Source of the DNA: Camelus dromedarius
Lineage: Eukaryota
DNA: 64,000 nt
Direction: 5' to 3'
NCBI RefSeq assembly: GCF_036321535.1
Contig: NC_087436.1
Location: 67,954,001-68,018,000 of the forward strand
Below, in pieces: positions 12,158 to 25,624 of the stretch. Positions within the stretch are counted from its first letter, which is position 1; each line of letters starts with the position of its first letter. The notes below the pieces were generated by a model. The model did no database searches, had not been told where the DNA came from, and worked only from the letters and a program-made list of their open reading frames with translations. Made by a program: the position numbers and the translations under genes.

Positions 12158-12761
12158 TAGTTCAAAACAAATACAGAGTATATAACATGAAAATTTTTAC
12201 TATAGGACTATAAACCTTTTTAATGTTGGGTACATTTCTGTGTACTCCCAAGAATAACCATAGTGCCTTATACAAAATTGGTTTTCCAGAAATACATAAT
12301 CAACAAATGAATAAGTTATTGTGCAAAGGAAAAACTAAATTGTGTAAAGGAACAACCCTGACTGCATGTTTCCCAGGCCTTATAGTTTGTTTTGAAATGG
12401 ACAGATGAGAGTAAATTAATACTGTTGTAGTAATTCTACAATAATATTCTCTACTTCCAAGTCACAACTTTTAAGGCAAAATCTGTAAAGGTAGTAGAAT
12501 CTATGAAGCCGATTACAGCCTCCTCTATGGTATGACTGAAGAGCCACAGAGCCCTTCATCCTGAAAAATCACTCCCAACTCTAGTTATACTTGAAATATA
12601 TTGACCATAGTTGCTAAGAATGATCATTCTCCCTTCTCTACGCCAATTTTTAAATATAAGTTATGCTTAGGAGAAACACTCCATCCCTCATTTAAGAGGA
12701 AAGTAGCCACTCAACCTAACCTTACATTCCAGGACTTAAGATTTTCCTAGAAATTGTCCAA

Positions 12762-12763
<2 letters not shown>

Positions 12764-12796
<33 letters not shown>
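12764..12796. repeat. (CA)n microsatellite
   Basis: Directly visible. Confidence 0.95.
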
Positions 12797-12799
<3 letters not shown>

Positions 12800-14569
12800 C
12801 ACACACCACTTAACAAAAGGATATTTAATCCTTCATTTAATCAAGATAGTAAACATCTTAAGCTTACCCAAGCTTAAGATGGCCTTAGGTATTTTCTCTT
12901 CCACAGAGATAACCTTAGACATGAAAGCATTCTTGGGTGCCATATAGATTCAGGATAATAAGAAATGTTGAGCACAGAGACAGGCGATTTGTAAGTTGAT
13001 AAGAACTAACTCTCTAACTATATAGAATCTACTTACTAAGAAAAAAGCTTTATGATTAAGATTTAAGACTAATGATATAATTTTTAAACACTTTATACTT
13101 TTTTCATATATCTTTAAAAACTACTACTTCAAAATTTTACAGCAAAAGTCAATGGAAAGAAAAGGTAAATGTCTTTCCTAAGTGTTTTGAATCTATTATT
13201 AGCTATTGCATATCAAAGAAATTGATTCGAATCATTTTCAATTTTCCACAAGTCAAACTTAAATAAAAATACTACAAGCTAAAAATTATATAGAAAAAAT
13301 TTAATTTGTTAACTGATTTATTTACCTTATTTATTTCATACTGGTGAAAATGATTTATGAATCTTCTTTCTAAATAGTAATTAGGCATATTAATACCCCT
13401 TTTGCTATAATGGATTCAAATACACAAAAAAGCTAGATTTGAATATAAGTATTAAGAGATATGCACACAAATAACTGAAATATAAGGCAATGGTCCAAAG
13501 CTTTGTGGTTTCCAGAGAAAGGGAATATTACTTTTGTTTTTGATCATCTAGGGAAAAGAAATCTAGATTTAAGCCTTTGAGTACGTATGAGATAAATTCT
13601 CTTGAAAATGAAATGAACCAGGTAAAAGAATTACCCCAGAACAGCACCTGAATACAAAGTGAGTGGAGGGCTAGCTTCTCTACTGGGAAGACAGAGAATC
13701 AAAATTAGTTTTCAGTTGTATTGTTAGGAAATAGAGGTAGAAAAATGACCAATAGTCATAAAAAATCACAACAAGGAAAGATCTTAGAGTGGAAGGTGAG
13801 AGTGTAAGAAAAGGATTCAGAGAGGCTGGTGGTCAAGATAACTGAGAGACAAGAGGAGCAAGGAAGGTATGAATATAATGTATGGTGGTAACCACATTAC
13901 GTTAAAGACATAGCCAGAATTTCAGCTTAGAATATAAGATGCAAAAAACAGAGGAGATGTAAAGATGTCTTATTCATGTTTGTATCTCAGGAAAGTACAA
14001 TGGTTCCAGGAACTTAGCAAGTGCTTGAGAAATGTCTATCGATTGAGGACTGAATGTACAGTGTGTAGTCCTCGGCTCGTGCTGGGTAGATGTGGGGCTA
14101 AGCCTGTGCAAGACAATGTGGAGACAGACTACAGGGAAGTTTAGGAAGTTTTTTTTTTTTCAACAGTAGCAAGTGATATTCAGGACATATTGGAGCAAGA
14201 GGTTTCAAGCTATAGGTGTCATTTCTATAAGGGAAAACCTCTGATCCGGGGAAGAAACACAAGGTAGGAACTAGAGAAATAAAATCTGATTTGTAAAAAA
14301 ATTCAGGCACTACATTACACACATTAGGAACATTTGCTGATTTCCTGTCTTTTTCAAAAATGTTTTATCTACTTTTTCATATGAGAAATCTGAGGTTTAG
14401 ACATGTTAAATAATGAAAGTTACACAGAGAACAAGAAGGAGACAGGATTTATCATTAACTTTACTTTCAAGCACATATCGTTTCTACTGTAACAAGAGTT
14501 ACATTCTGGGAAGCACCTACTTCAAAGCTGATTAGAAGAATTTGTGGAAGAGCAAGAGTTTAAGCATCA

Positions 14570-15108
14570 GTGTTGGAGATTAAGAATCTCAAGAATTCTT
14601 GGCTACACTTCCCACAGAGATGTGGAATATACTTTTCCCTCCCCCTCTGAATCTTTATATGTCTCCTTTTGACAAATGGGATGTGACAGAAATGATACTG
14701 CATATCCTCCAAGACTAGGTCATAAGCCTTGGAGCTTTTGCCAAGTCTCTTGGAAAGCTCACTCTGGGGGAAGCCAGCCACCATGTAAAAAAAAATCTGA
14801 CTCTCCTGTGACCACCATGCTTCAAGAACCTCAAATCACTTGGAGAGAACCTGCAGAACGAGATGCCATGTGAAGAGAAAGCAAAGCCACAAATTAGCAA
14901 GGCTCCAGAAATGAGAATGAAGAAGCATTCTTGCAAGTTAGTTTTCCAGCCCCAGCCATCCCAGCTGATGCCATGAGGATCAGGGCCAGACTGTCTTGCT
15001 GAATCGTTCTCTAATTCCTGACCCCTCAAATTATAATCCAAATAAAACGGTTGTTTTGAGCTGCTATTTTAGGGGTAAACTGTTGAGTAGTAATACATAG
15101 TTGGAAGA
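14570..15108 (+). mobile_element. MaLR solo LTR, MLT1G/H-like
   Basis: AAGACTAGGTCATAA, CTCACTCTGGGGGAAGCCAGCCACCATGT, CCAGCCCCAGCC and AATTCCTGACCC...AATAAAACGGTTGTTTT. Confidence 0.8.
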
Positions 15109-16789
15109 GCCAGAGACAACAAAAGTCACAATACTGCTATTGACTATTTTTTAAATGACATATCAAATGATGTTAAAGATGCTTGTCAACATTGGGTCTT
15201 ACATGAATAATCTAATGATTAATAATATGGCAAATTAGATTATTCCAGTAAAGTAACACCACACCCCACAATCAAGCAAACTTTGGAAAACAAAACAAAA
15301 CAAAAAAAAAAAGGGAAAAGAAACAGCAGGTGAAATTGAAATGTGAAGAGAGAGGAAAATTCTACTAGTCAGCACTGATCTGTCAAATAGAACTCCTTCT
15401 GATATTTGCAGTGCTTTATGTCAAAGGGTCATTTTAAAAACCCTCCTTACCTCTGTGGGAATCCTTTCACCCCAGTGACCCACCTTCCATGCCCTACCCC
15501 ACAGCTGGGGCAGTTAAAATCAATTCTCAGTTAAAAATCAACCAACAAGGAAAGACTTAAAGGAAAGGAGAGAAAGATTTGACAAGGGTTTTATTGAAAC
15601 CTCTCTGCACTTTACACATTTTGGGCCTAGAAGTGTAATAAGCATTTGCTAGTCATCCTGGGAAAAGCTATTTTCTCTCCTCTCAGCTCGACTAAAAGAA
15701 TGAGGCAAAAATGCTTTGTCTAAAAAGCTCCTTTTTCAAAGAAACTAGTATTAGACTGTAAACTCAGAAAGGTGCTGTGCTTTCAGAAAGTATTTCACCA
15801 AACTCATTGATTGTTTCCTGCCCATAGATAATCCTGAGTAAGTATGCTCATTGATTTATGTCAGTTCTAAAAGCCTCAATTCTCCTGAATTATTCTATTG
15901 CATTGCAAGCCAACCAATTCTAATTCATTTCTTTAATCTATGGACTGCATAAGAAATTTTCAATCATTTCATTAGGATTTTTCAACTGTGTAAAAACATA
16001 TTTTCAAATGTTTATATCTTTGCTAAATATTTCATATTTCAAAATGATCTGTTGATTGGCATCATGGAACTTTAAGTGGAGTTAAATACATGTGTGCTTA
16101 GCTCACATACCATGATCTGTCAAAGACCTTTAGTGTCTCTGACAGCAATTAACGATTTGATCTGGGCATTTGTTCCTATGTTGCCTTCAGTGGTGATGTT
16201 CAATCAGCATAAGATTCCAGTAGCCATTTGACTTCAGATAATAACAGGTGTAAATCATTATTGCCGCATAGGCTAGGGAAAGTAGTGTTCTTCTTTAAAA
16301 TGGCACGATTACTCTTATTTTTCTTTCTAAAAGTTTACCATAAATACCAGCAATTGACAAGTCTTGCTTTCCCATAGATTTCCCACAGCAAATATTGAAA
16401 TATGATGAGCCATAAAACATTTCTGGAGGTGATATGGTACAATAATTCTAGCAGGGCAACTTTTACGAGACTTCACTTCTGCTTCCCTCTGTATGTTACA
16501 TGTACATGAATTTATCATGTTAAATGATTTCAAATCCACAAGCTCAGCCTGCTTGAAAAAGAAAAAAATTATTTACCAATGCCAAATCAAGGAAATTAGG
16601 CAAAGATAAGACAAGATCTCAGGCTGACTTGTTTATCCACGTATCCCCTGCACTTCAATAGTATCGGGGAAAAAGAGTGGATGCCCATAAATAATTGTTA
16701 AATTAGTTAAAAATTAGGTAGGTATTTTAATGTCCACAATAATATTATATATATGTTATGTAAAGTAAAATAGTATATAATATATTGTA

Positions 16790-17500
16790 TATATGTATAT
16801 CTGAAATTATAATATATATGCAATAAAGATGTGTATACTTTAAAAAATAAAAATAAACAAACATCCATTTACCCACACCAGCCTAAGTGATCATTGGAAA
16901 AAACACTTAAAGTTCCATATATGCCTCTCCTAAATTTCATTGCTTCCTTTCTGTATCCTGGAGGATGTCATATCTAGACTTTTAACAGTTTTACCATATG
17001 TATTTGTATCTCTCATCAAAAGACTGCTTTGCCTGCTTTTGACATTTATATAATTGGAATTGTCAAGTGTATGTTCTTCAGGAACTTTCTGCAATTGCCT
17101 ATATCCATTGTCTTATTAGATTCACTGTGATCACTCCTTTTCGCTCTGTGGTACTCCATTGTGTATGGACATAACACAATGTATGTATCTTGTCCTTGGC
17201 TCATGGCATTTGCTTGTTTCATTTTTTAAAAAATTACAAATAGTTCCTTTACAAATACTCTTTGACATACTTCTGTTTCCTGGCATGCATGTGTGATAGT
17301 TTTTCAAGAGTATATATGGCAAGTGCTTTTAAAGGGTATACTGCTAGGAGTAGAAGTATTGGTTATACATTGTGAATATCTTCACCTTTTCCTGAATATG
17401 CCATACTGTTTTCTGCAGCAGTCATATAAATACACAGTCTTCACATTCATGTGTAAAAGTTCCAGCTTCTCACATTCTCACCAACATTTAATATTCTAGT
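16790..17500 (-). mobile_element. Old LINE-1 (L1ME-like) 3' remnant
   Basis: Degraded antisense L1 3' motifs (GGTACTCCATTGTGTATG, CACATTCTCACCAACATTT). Confidence 0.6.
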
Positions 17501-18865
17501 AATATTTCAAGTAAAGTAATTTTTTAAGCTATTGAGCCAGTTTTGAGGTATTAAAAAAACTAAAACATCAGCTTTTCCTTTCTAGAAAGGCAAAAATAGC
17601 CGATTTACAAGAAAAGCGTCTCTACATATTTTTCTTGAATTACTAAACACAATTATTTTTAATATATATATAGTCAAATATCATTTAATAGCTAAGCATG
17701 TAGTACATTCACACAGAGGACAAGTTTGTTTGTTTCTTTGTTTTGGGTCCTCATTAGAGAAGATTAATTATTTTATCAGTGCAGACTAATAAAACAAAGA
17801 AAACTCTTCTACCATAATATATGGTTACTTCTAAGTTAGAACTAGGCAAGGATTTTATATTCCAGCATTTATCCCATGGAATATGCAAATTTTAATATGT
17901 TACACAAGGATAGGATTCTGTGCTCCTTTGAGTCTTGGAATACACTGAGTCTACTTTGGTTCTGATGTACCCGTTTACTGTAGATCATTAGTCCTTATTA
18001 AATTAATGTACGTTTTGAATCTCCAAAAGGAGTAACCTAATATTTAATGCTTTCCGAACCTTTTAGACCACAAAACCCTTTTGTCTATAGTGTTCCATGA
18101 AACACAGTTTTGGAAATGTGGTCACATAATATTAACGTAAAATTCTTAACAAAAGCTACCCAGTGCAAAACTATGCCTTACATTCTACCCTTGCATGAAG
18201 TATATATCCCATTCTTTGATAAGATGAAATTTTTAAAACTGTAAATCACGCTTTACTGCAGGGAATGTGAATTTACGTTGATTTCCCAGAACGCAAAATG
18301 ATATTTATAAAAAGCTTTAGATAGTTTTAGTTTGAGATTGTATTTTTAGACTTTTATACCTTCAGACAGTGCTTCTGACATTGTATCTTTCAGAACGAGA
18401 AATTATTCTTACAAATAAAAGATTCATTCAAATATATGTCCAAAGATGGTAAAAAATTAGAAACAGCTTAAATTTACAACAATAAACCAAAATCAGTTAC
18501 ACTAAATTATATTGATAAGATAGAAAACATGCTAATAATAGCAGGAAATATTCATGAAATGCAAGATTCAGTCAAAATATATAAATATTTTAAAGCATGC
18601 ATGTGCATATATTAAAATGGAAATAAAGGTAGCAATAAAACACATCAAAATCTTAATAGTTATAATCACTAAATGTTAGAATGATTTATTTTGTTTACAA
18701 AATTTTGCATTTTTCCCCAGGTGGTTTATACTTAGCAAAGTATTATTTTATCAGTAAGAAGAGGTAATCAAATATTACTTAATTTTAAAATAGCCTTTGA
18801 TGTTCATGATTAAAACCAATAAACAATAAAAAGAAATGCTCTCTGCAATTAATAAAAAAGACACT

Positions 18866-20195
18866 CTTTAGTTTGGTGTAGTATTATTTGTTTATTTTTG
18901 CTTTTGTTGCCTTTGGAATCAGTTTCAAAAACATATTGCTAAGACTGATGTCAAAAAATTACTGCCTATGTTTTCTTCCAGGAGTTTTATGGTGTCAGGT
19001 CTCACATCCAAGTTTTTAACTCATTTTTAGTTAATTTTTGTTTTGATTACTATAGCTTTGTAGTACAGTTTGAAATAAGGGTGCATGATACCTCCAGCTT
19101 TGTTCTGCCCAGCAAAGGGAATCATGAACAAAACAAAAAGACAACCTATCGAATAGGAGAAGATACTTGCAAATCATTTATCTGATAAGGTTAATATCCA
19201 AAATATATAAAGAACTCATACAACTCAGTAACAAAAAAAGGACAATTCAATTAAAAATGGGCAGAGAAACTGAACAGATATTTTTCCAGCGAAGACATGA
19301 AGATGTCAAATAGACACAAGAAAAATGTCAACATCACTAATCATCAGGGAAATGCAAATCAAAACCACAGTGATGCAAATGCAAATCAAAATCACCTCAT
19401 ACTTGTCAGAATATCTGTTATCAAAAAGATAAGAAATAATAAGTGTTGGCAAGAATGTGGAAGAAAGGGAATCCTTGTGTGCTGTTGGTGGGAATGTAAA
19501 ATGCAGCCACTATAGAAAACAGAACAGAGGGTCCTCAAAACCTTAAAAATAGAACTACCATATGATCCAGCAATTCAACTTCTGGGTATTTATTTGAAGG
19601 GAACAAAATATTAATTTGAAAAAGTATATGCTTCCCTATGTTCACTGCAGCATTATTTATAATAGCCAAGATATAGAAACAACCTACGTACACTGAGAGA
19701 TAAATGGACAAAGAAGATGTAGTGTATATATACACAATAGAATATTGCTCAGCCATAAAAAGGAATGAAACCTTACCATCTGCGACAACATAGGTGGACT
19801 TTGAGGGTATTATGCTAAGTAAAATAAGTCAGAGAGAACCAGTATCATGATTTCACTGATAATGCAGAATCTGGAAAACAAAGCAAAACAAAACCAGACT
19901 CACAGTTACAGAGAACAGACTGGTAGCTGCCAGATGGGAGGAGTGTCGAGGGATAGATGAAATGAACAAGGAGGATAAACAGATACAAAGTTTCAGTTAT
20001 AGAGTGAATAGATCATGGGGCTCTAACGTACACTATGGGGACTATAATCAATAATATTGTATAACTTTGTGTGGTGACAAATGGTAACTGAATTTACTGT
20101 GGTAATCATTTTGTAATATATAGATATCCAATCACTATTTTTACACCTGAAACTAATATAATATTGTATGTCAATTATACTTCAGCTTTGAAAAA
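18866..20195 (+). mobile_element. 5'-truncated LINE-1 with 5' inversion
   Basis: Antisense ORF2 at 18866-19106, then sense ORF2 C-terminus (NNKCWQECGRKGILVCCWWECK) and 3'UTR to AATTATACTTCA. The junction shares TTCT. Confidence 0.9.
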
Positions 20196-20643
20196 GGACT
20201 TTTCTTTAAATTTATTCTTGAAGAAACAATTCAAAATGCAGGGTAGATTCGAAGAGGTAGCTTCAGAAGAGGTAATCCATTTCCAGATTTCCTGAGCTGC
20301 TTGATAAAATTGGAAATTCCTGGGCTTCACCTCTAGAGAGTCTTCTAGAAGTCTAGAGATCTCTAATCCCTTAAACAAAATTAGAAGACCTGTTTTTTTC
20401 TTCTGAGGTCTAACATTTGTTTTAGAGTGTTGATTTATTACTTATGTGTTCTGAGGTCCACTTTCCTTATTCATGGACTGTTTTCCCGTGGAGTGAAAAC
20501 AACTTTAAGCTATCAGGCACAAGAGTTCTGTGCTGTTCCCAGCACAAGATGCAGTGAATCCTGAAAACTATCTTGGACCAGTCACTTAAGTATCACAAGA
20601 GTCTCTCAGCATATGCAGCTGCATGTGCATACCAGCAGGCTAC

Positions 20644-21102
20644 TGTAGGTAGGACTGTGTCCCCCAAAAAGATATGCTGAAGATCTAACCCCCAGTACCC
20701 ACGATTGAGAAATTTGGAAATACGGTCTTTGCAATCAACATAAGATGGGGTCATACTTAGGTTATACTCAGATTTGGCAGGCCCTCATCTAATGACTTTT
20801 GTCTTTCTAAGATGAGGGAAATTTGGACACAGATATACAGAGGAAAGAAAACCATTTGAGAATAGGGGCAGAGATGGGAGTGATGTAGCTACAAGCCAAA
20901 GAACACCAAGTATTGCCAGCAACCAACAGAAACTAATAAGAGCCATGCAACAAATTATCTCTAAGAGCCTAGACAAGAATCCACCCTGCTGATACCTTGA
21001 TTTCTTACTTTCAGAGCTCAGAGGTGTGAAACAATAACTTTCTGTTGTTGAAAGCTACCCAGTTTGTGGTACTTGGCTATGCAGCCCTAGAAAACTAAAG
21101 CA
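20644..21102 (+). mobile_element. MaLR solo LTR, MLT1C-like
   Basis: TGTGTCCCCCAAAAAGATATG, ACAAGCCAAAGAACACCAAG, CCCTGCTGATACCTTGATTT and CCCAGTTTGTGGTAC...GAAAACTAA. Confidence 0.88.
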
Positions 21103-22245
21103 AGTGGAAACCAATGATCCAAAAACCATTGAAGAGCTGAAGTCAGTTGCAGCCTGGGCCACTGGCTGACTGAGTGTTGCAGGATCTCAGAGGGTCACTG
21201 ACTGAGGGACATAGGGCTTGGTCATCTCGGGAAGCAGCGACATGGGGGAAACGTCTACAGTACCTTATGCTCTTAGAATCAGAAGCATAGAAATATACAT
21301 ACCAAGAAGGAAAGTTTTGCAACTACTTTACAGAGGAGCATGTCAAGATTTTCCACTTGGAGTTTTACCAGACATTGGAATCTTTGGTATTTCTTTTATA
21401 AGATCCAAGCAGAAATTGTGTATGTACTATACACTATACATTATTCATTATATACATGTACTATGAACTATACATTCTGCACTATGTGCTTTATACAATA
21501 TATATGTATACATATGTAATACATAGCATATGGATAGTTATTAAAGGCCCCACTAGCATCGTACCCGGGCCCAGCTTTGGAAAGGCCTTGTCTCTATACA
21601 TGGATAAGCTGATTTCTACACGAATAAGAGAAACTTTTCAGATTTGCAACTACATATTCTCTGCTTCCTTGCAACTCCCTCCTGTGTACATGTTAATTCA
21701 CACTAATTTATTTTGAAAGGAGGAAAAATATAAATTAGGGGAGCTCTTCTACATTGAAAAAGAAAAACACATAGGGAAACAGTGTGGAAGGACAGAAAAC
21801 TGTATTTATATGTTTGTAAATATTTTTATCTTATATCTACATTTTTTCAGAGGTTACTTTTCAGTTTGTAGTGGTAGAAGGCAGGAGGAAGAATGAGAAG
21901 GGCCATGAATATGTATTATATTTGAATTTATGTATATTTGCTCACTCATGAAAAGGAACACTTCCCTTCTGTGATCTTAACTCAAGTTTTCCTTTTTACC
22001 TTTGGTCTATCTTTGGGTTAAAATGTTTTATGTATCTGAAGTCAAAAGGGCAGTGAAAAAGTGGGTACAGACTTACAAGATTTTGCAAATTCTCAAAAAG
22101 TGGCACAACAATTACAGTTAAGTGTATGATTACTATAATCAGCACTGTACTATCCATAATGCATACATTTCCCCATCTGGATTCAAGTTCAGATAATAAG
22201 GCACTGAAAATCATGTAAAAAGCCTTAAGGAATACTAACCACTGG

Positions 22246-22274
22246 GTAAGTAAGTAAGTAAGTAAGTAAGTAAG
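22246..22274. repeat. (GTAA)7 tetranucleotide repeat
   Basis: Directly visible. Confidence 0.95.
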
Positions 22275-24002
22275 GGAATCTGTGGCATTTCTCTATGTAT
22301 ATGCATGCCCTTCTCAGCCAACTTTAAATAGACACTTTCATGTATTACTTATAAGAACTAAATGATGTCTTGGTTTCCCACTAGCTTGGCACCAGGAAGC
22401 AAAATGTAACTGATAAACTTTTTGTTTTCAAACTCTAAGAAAGCCACTATATCACGATACCTTCCTATAGCAGTAAGAGACAGCACAACATCTTTAAGGA
22501 AGAATTTACAGCTGGGTTTGAAATCCTTTCAGGTCCCTCTGAAAGCTAACGTGGTCAAGCAGAAAAAAATTTTTGCCATCCCCAATATATGGCAAGAAAG
22601 ACAAGTAAAGGAATGGAAAGACAGGTAAACAGAAAAAAGATAGGCAGTTGATAGATAAACAGATGATATATGAACATATTATGTGGGAGATCTGTATGAT
22701 ACATGACATATTTATTTATCATAGTCTTCACATCAGAACTAGAAACTTAAATAATAATTGGAAGGCCAGAGGTCTTTGATGACATGTTAAACACAAATAC
22801 AGAGCCATTCAGGGTGTTAGAATTTTTTAAAACTATAATTCATAGTACTTTTCAACTCTTTACCAGACTATAAAAGAATAACAAATTTAAAAAATTTTTA
22901 AGGTCTGAAATTTTTCTACCACTCATTAAAAGTTATCCATTGAAATAACAAAAACATGATCAAATATAATGATCAAGGGTTGGTTCGATTCATTTATTTT
23001 TGAAAAGTGACATAGCCATTAATGGATCAGAACTTCATCACAAGGAAAACAATTTATAGCACCCCGATTACATATAATTTTAGATACTCAGCCTAATGGC
23101 CTTTGCAAATAAAAACAAGATAACTTTTATTCAGCTCACCCTCTTGTGTTAATCTGAAAGATAGTACATTTTCTTACTGATATATTTTTAAAAAATCATT
23201 CAGTACCATGACCATGGAATAAAATTCATTTGCTGTTAGCCAACTAAAATTCCCCTTTTAAAAAATATTGATTACCCTAAAATAATCAATTAACTTTTGG
23301 CACAGTTTTATTTATAATTATTCAACTCAGCAGTAGTATCATTTAAAAACTGGCCACTAGGCATGTGCTGATAATAAATAGAATCCATGTTTAATTCAAA
23401 CTCGTAGGTAAAAACATCACATTTAAATACCACTAATATTGTGACAAACCTGACAAAGACCAAGGAATTCAATGTTAAGGCTACCATTCTTTCTTCAGAT
23501 GTTTATTTAGAAAGAGAAGGAATAAAGCATTTTGAATTATACATAGATTTTAGAACTTGAAAGAAAAGCTTATTGCATTAGATATTTTAAAGGGCTTTTT
23601 GTTGCACATTTATAGAGTAGGACTAGAGTAGGTCAAATTTTTGCCAAGAAATAAAATATGGCTTCATTTAATCCCATGTTAGTAGCCTCAGACATTTTCC
23701 AACAGGAAATGCTCCTTAAATATCTCTGAAATAAGTACTTTTATTTTGAAGATCAATTTTCATTAGAGGTCTTAAATGGTAGTAAATAAGTTAGAAATTC
23801 AAATCACAATAGCAAACCAAAATGTTGTGTTTCTCTTTATTCCAAGAATAGTTTCTAAGAGTGACCAACTAAAGAAAGTAACATTACTATGCTAAATATT
23901 TGTTTTAAAAAATCCACAATGTGAAACAGAAATGCTTATTGGAGTAAACTAATTAGATGAAAAGAAAAATCAGAAAGACAAAGAAAAAATAGATGCAAGA
24001 TA

Positions 24003-24132
24003 TCCGGATTCTGGTTCCAACTCTCCCACTGACTAGTTGTGTGATCTTGGACAAGTCACTTCAGGTATTATATTTGCTCCATTAAATGAGGGAATGGGGC
24101 TCTAAGGACCTTTCAAGTTTTAAGATGCTATG
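24003..24132 (+). mobile_element. MIR SINE remnant
   Basis: CCACTGACTAGTTGTGTGATCTTGGACAAGTCACTT core and TCTAAGGACCTTTCAAG 3' end. Confidence 0.75.
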
Positions 24133-25624
24133 CAGGTATATTTTGAAAAGCAGCAATTAAAAGGCTCAATTTCTTAACTGAGAATTTTCCCTACTCAACA
24201 GTGACATAAATATATAGTTAAGAACAATAAAAACAAAGTCACTGTCAAATGTAATTTACCTAAATGTCACTCACAGGAGCATATATGTCTAACTTTTATA
24301 GAAGCAGTGATAGTTTTTTGCTTATTTGCTTACCTTTCCTTTTCCCTTCCTTCTGTCAACCTTAGGGAGAAATTCAAGTATAGTAGAACACAGGAAGTTA
24401 TTTAGCTTACAAGAGCAAATCTCTTTAACTTTGATGTCACTGCTGAACAAGCTTCCCTGGGGCTCTCCTCAGGACAAGGGGGATGCATATCTATGTTCAA
24501 GACTGGTTGATTATTTTAAGTGAGAGGTGGATGCATGCATGTGAACAATGGTTAAATGTGTTTGTGAAAAGTCAAGACAGTAAATTTTAAGAACCTCCCT
24601 TAATTAGCAATGCTACACAAAGGAGACCGTTTTCCAGTCTTCTGCTTCTAAAACAGACATTTTGAAACTGATGAGAAACAGCTGCCTGAAATTCAATCCA
24701 GCTTTCACTACAGTGATATTTTTGTAATGTTATATACTAAAATGTTCTATAGAGAATGTGATATACTGAAGAGTCCCTCCCCTGAGTCTTCTGTATAATT
24801 ATTATAACTTCAAAACAGCAAAATAGAAAAAATAAAAGATTAACTGATATTAAATGCTACTGAATGAAGGAATTGTCAAAACCTCTATCTTTTTAATCCA
24901 GATCAATTTATAACCTCTAGCCTTTCTCTATCAATACTTTCTACAAGTCACCAAAACTCAGGAAGATAATACTGGGAATCATTCTTGATTTCATACTAAG
25001 AACACAGCTTTATATTTGAGTATCTCATCAATTTAATAATGTTCTGCCAAATAAAGCATGTAGTGAGCGATATTCACCTGATCAGGAAGGTGCTACACCA
25101 TACTACTGAACTGCGTTCACTTTATATTGACATCACAGAGACTGAGTTCCAAAACTGTCACTGTACAAGACTTTATCTGCTGCCTTTGAGTCCATTAATT
25201 CAAATTATTGTTTCTCTGTTTTGAAATAACAGGAAGCACTAACAAATAAGTGTACAATTCTTCCCTGGGATTAAACAGCAAAGCAGTTAATTGCATCTGT
25301 CATGCAGAAGGTAAGAGAAAAAGAAGATCATAGTTCAATACAAATGGTCGCTTCTCATCATAAAACAATGAGACTTGAAATTAGAATTTGATGGAACTGT
25401 ATGATGCGGCTGCTCCAGAATGGCTCAAACTTTTGCTGCTGAAGTGATTCATAGTATTTTTAAATCTTCCCAAGATTTTTAAGAGACTTTTTCAATATTG
25501 CCTTGTGCAAATCTAAAAATCACATGCATTCCAGCAAGAATCAACTTTTTCTACTTGTAGTAAAACGTCTAATTAAATTATAAAACAAATTAATCACTTT
25601 TTGTGAATATATCTTTAAGGTATA

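Noticed and set aside
16111..16260. Coding exon upstream of the minus-strand donor ATG|GTATGT
   Set aside because: There are stops in all three frames and no convincing acceptor.
24326..24523. Plus-strand ORF after a good acceptor (CCTTAG)
   Set aside because: The peptide is unrecognisable, the donor is weak and there are no supporting neighbouring exons.
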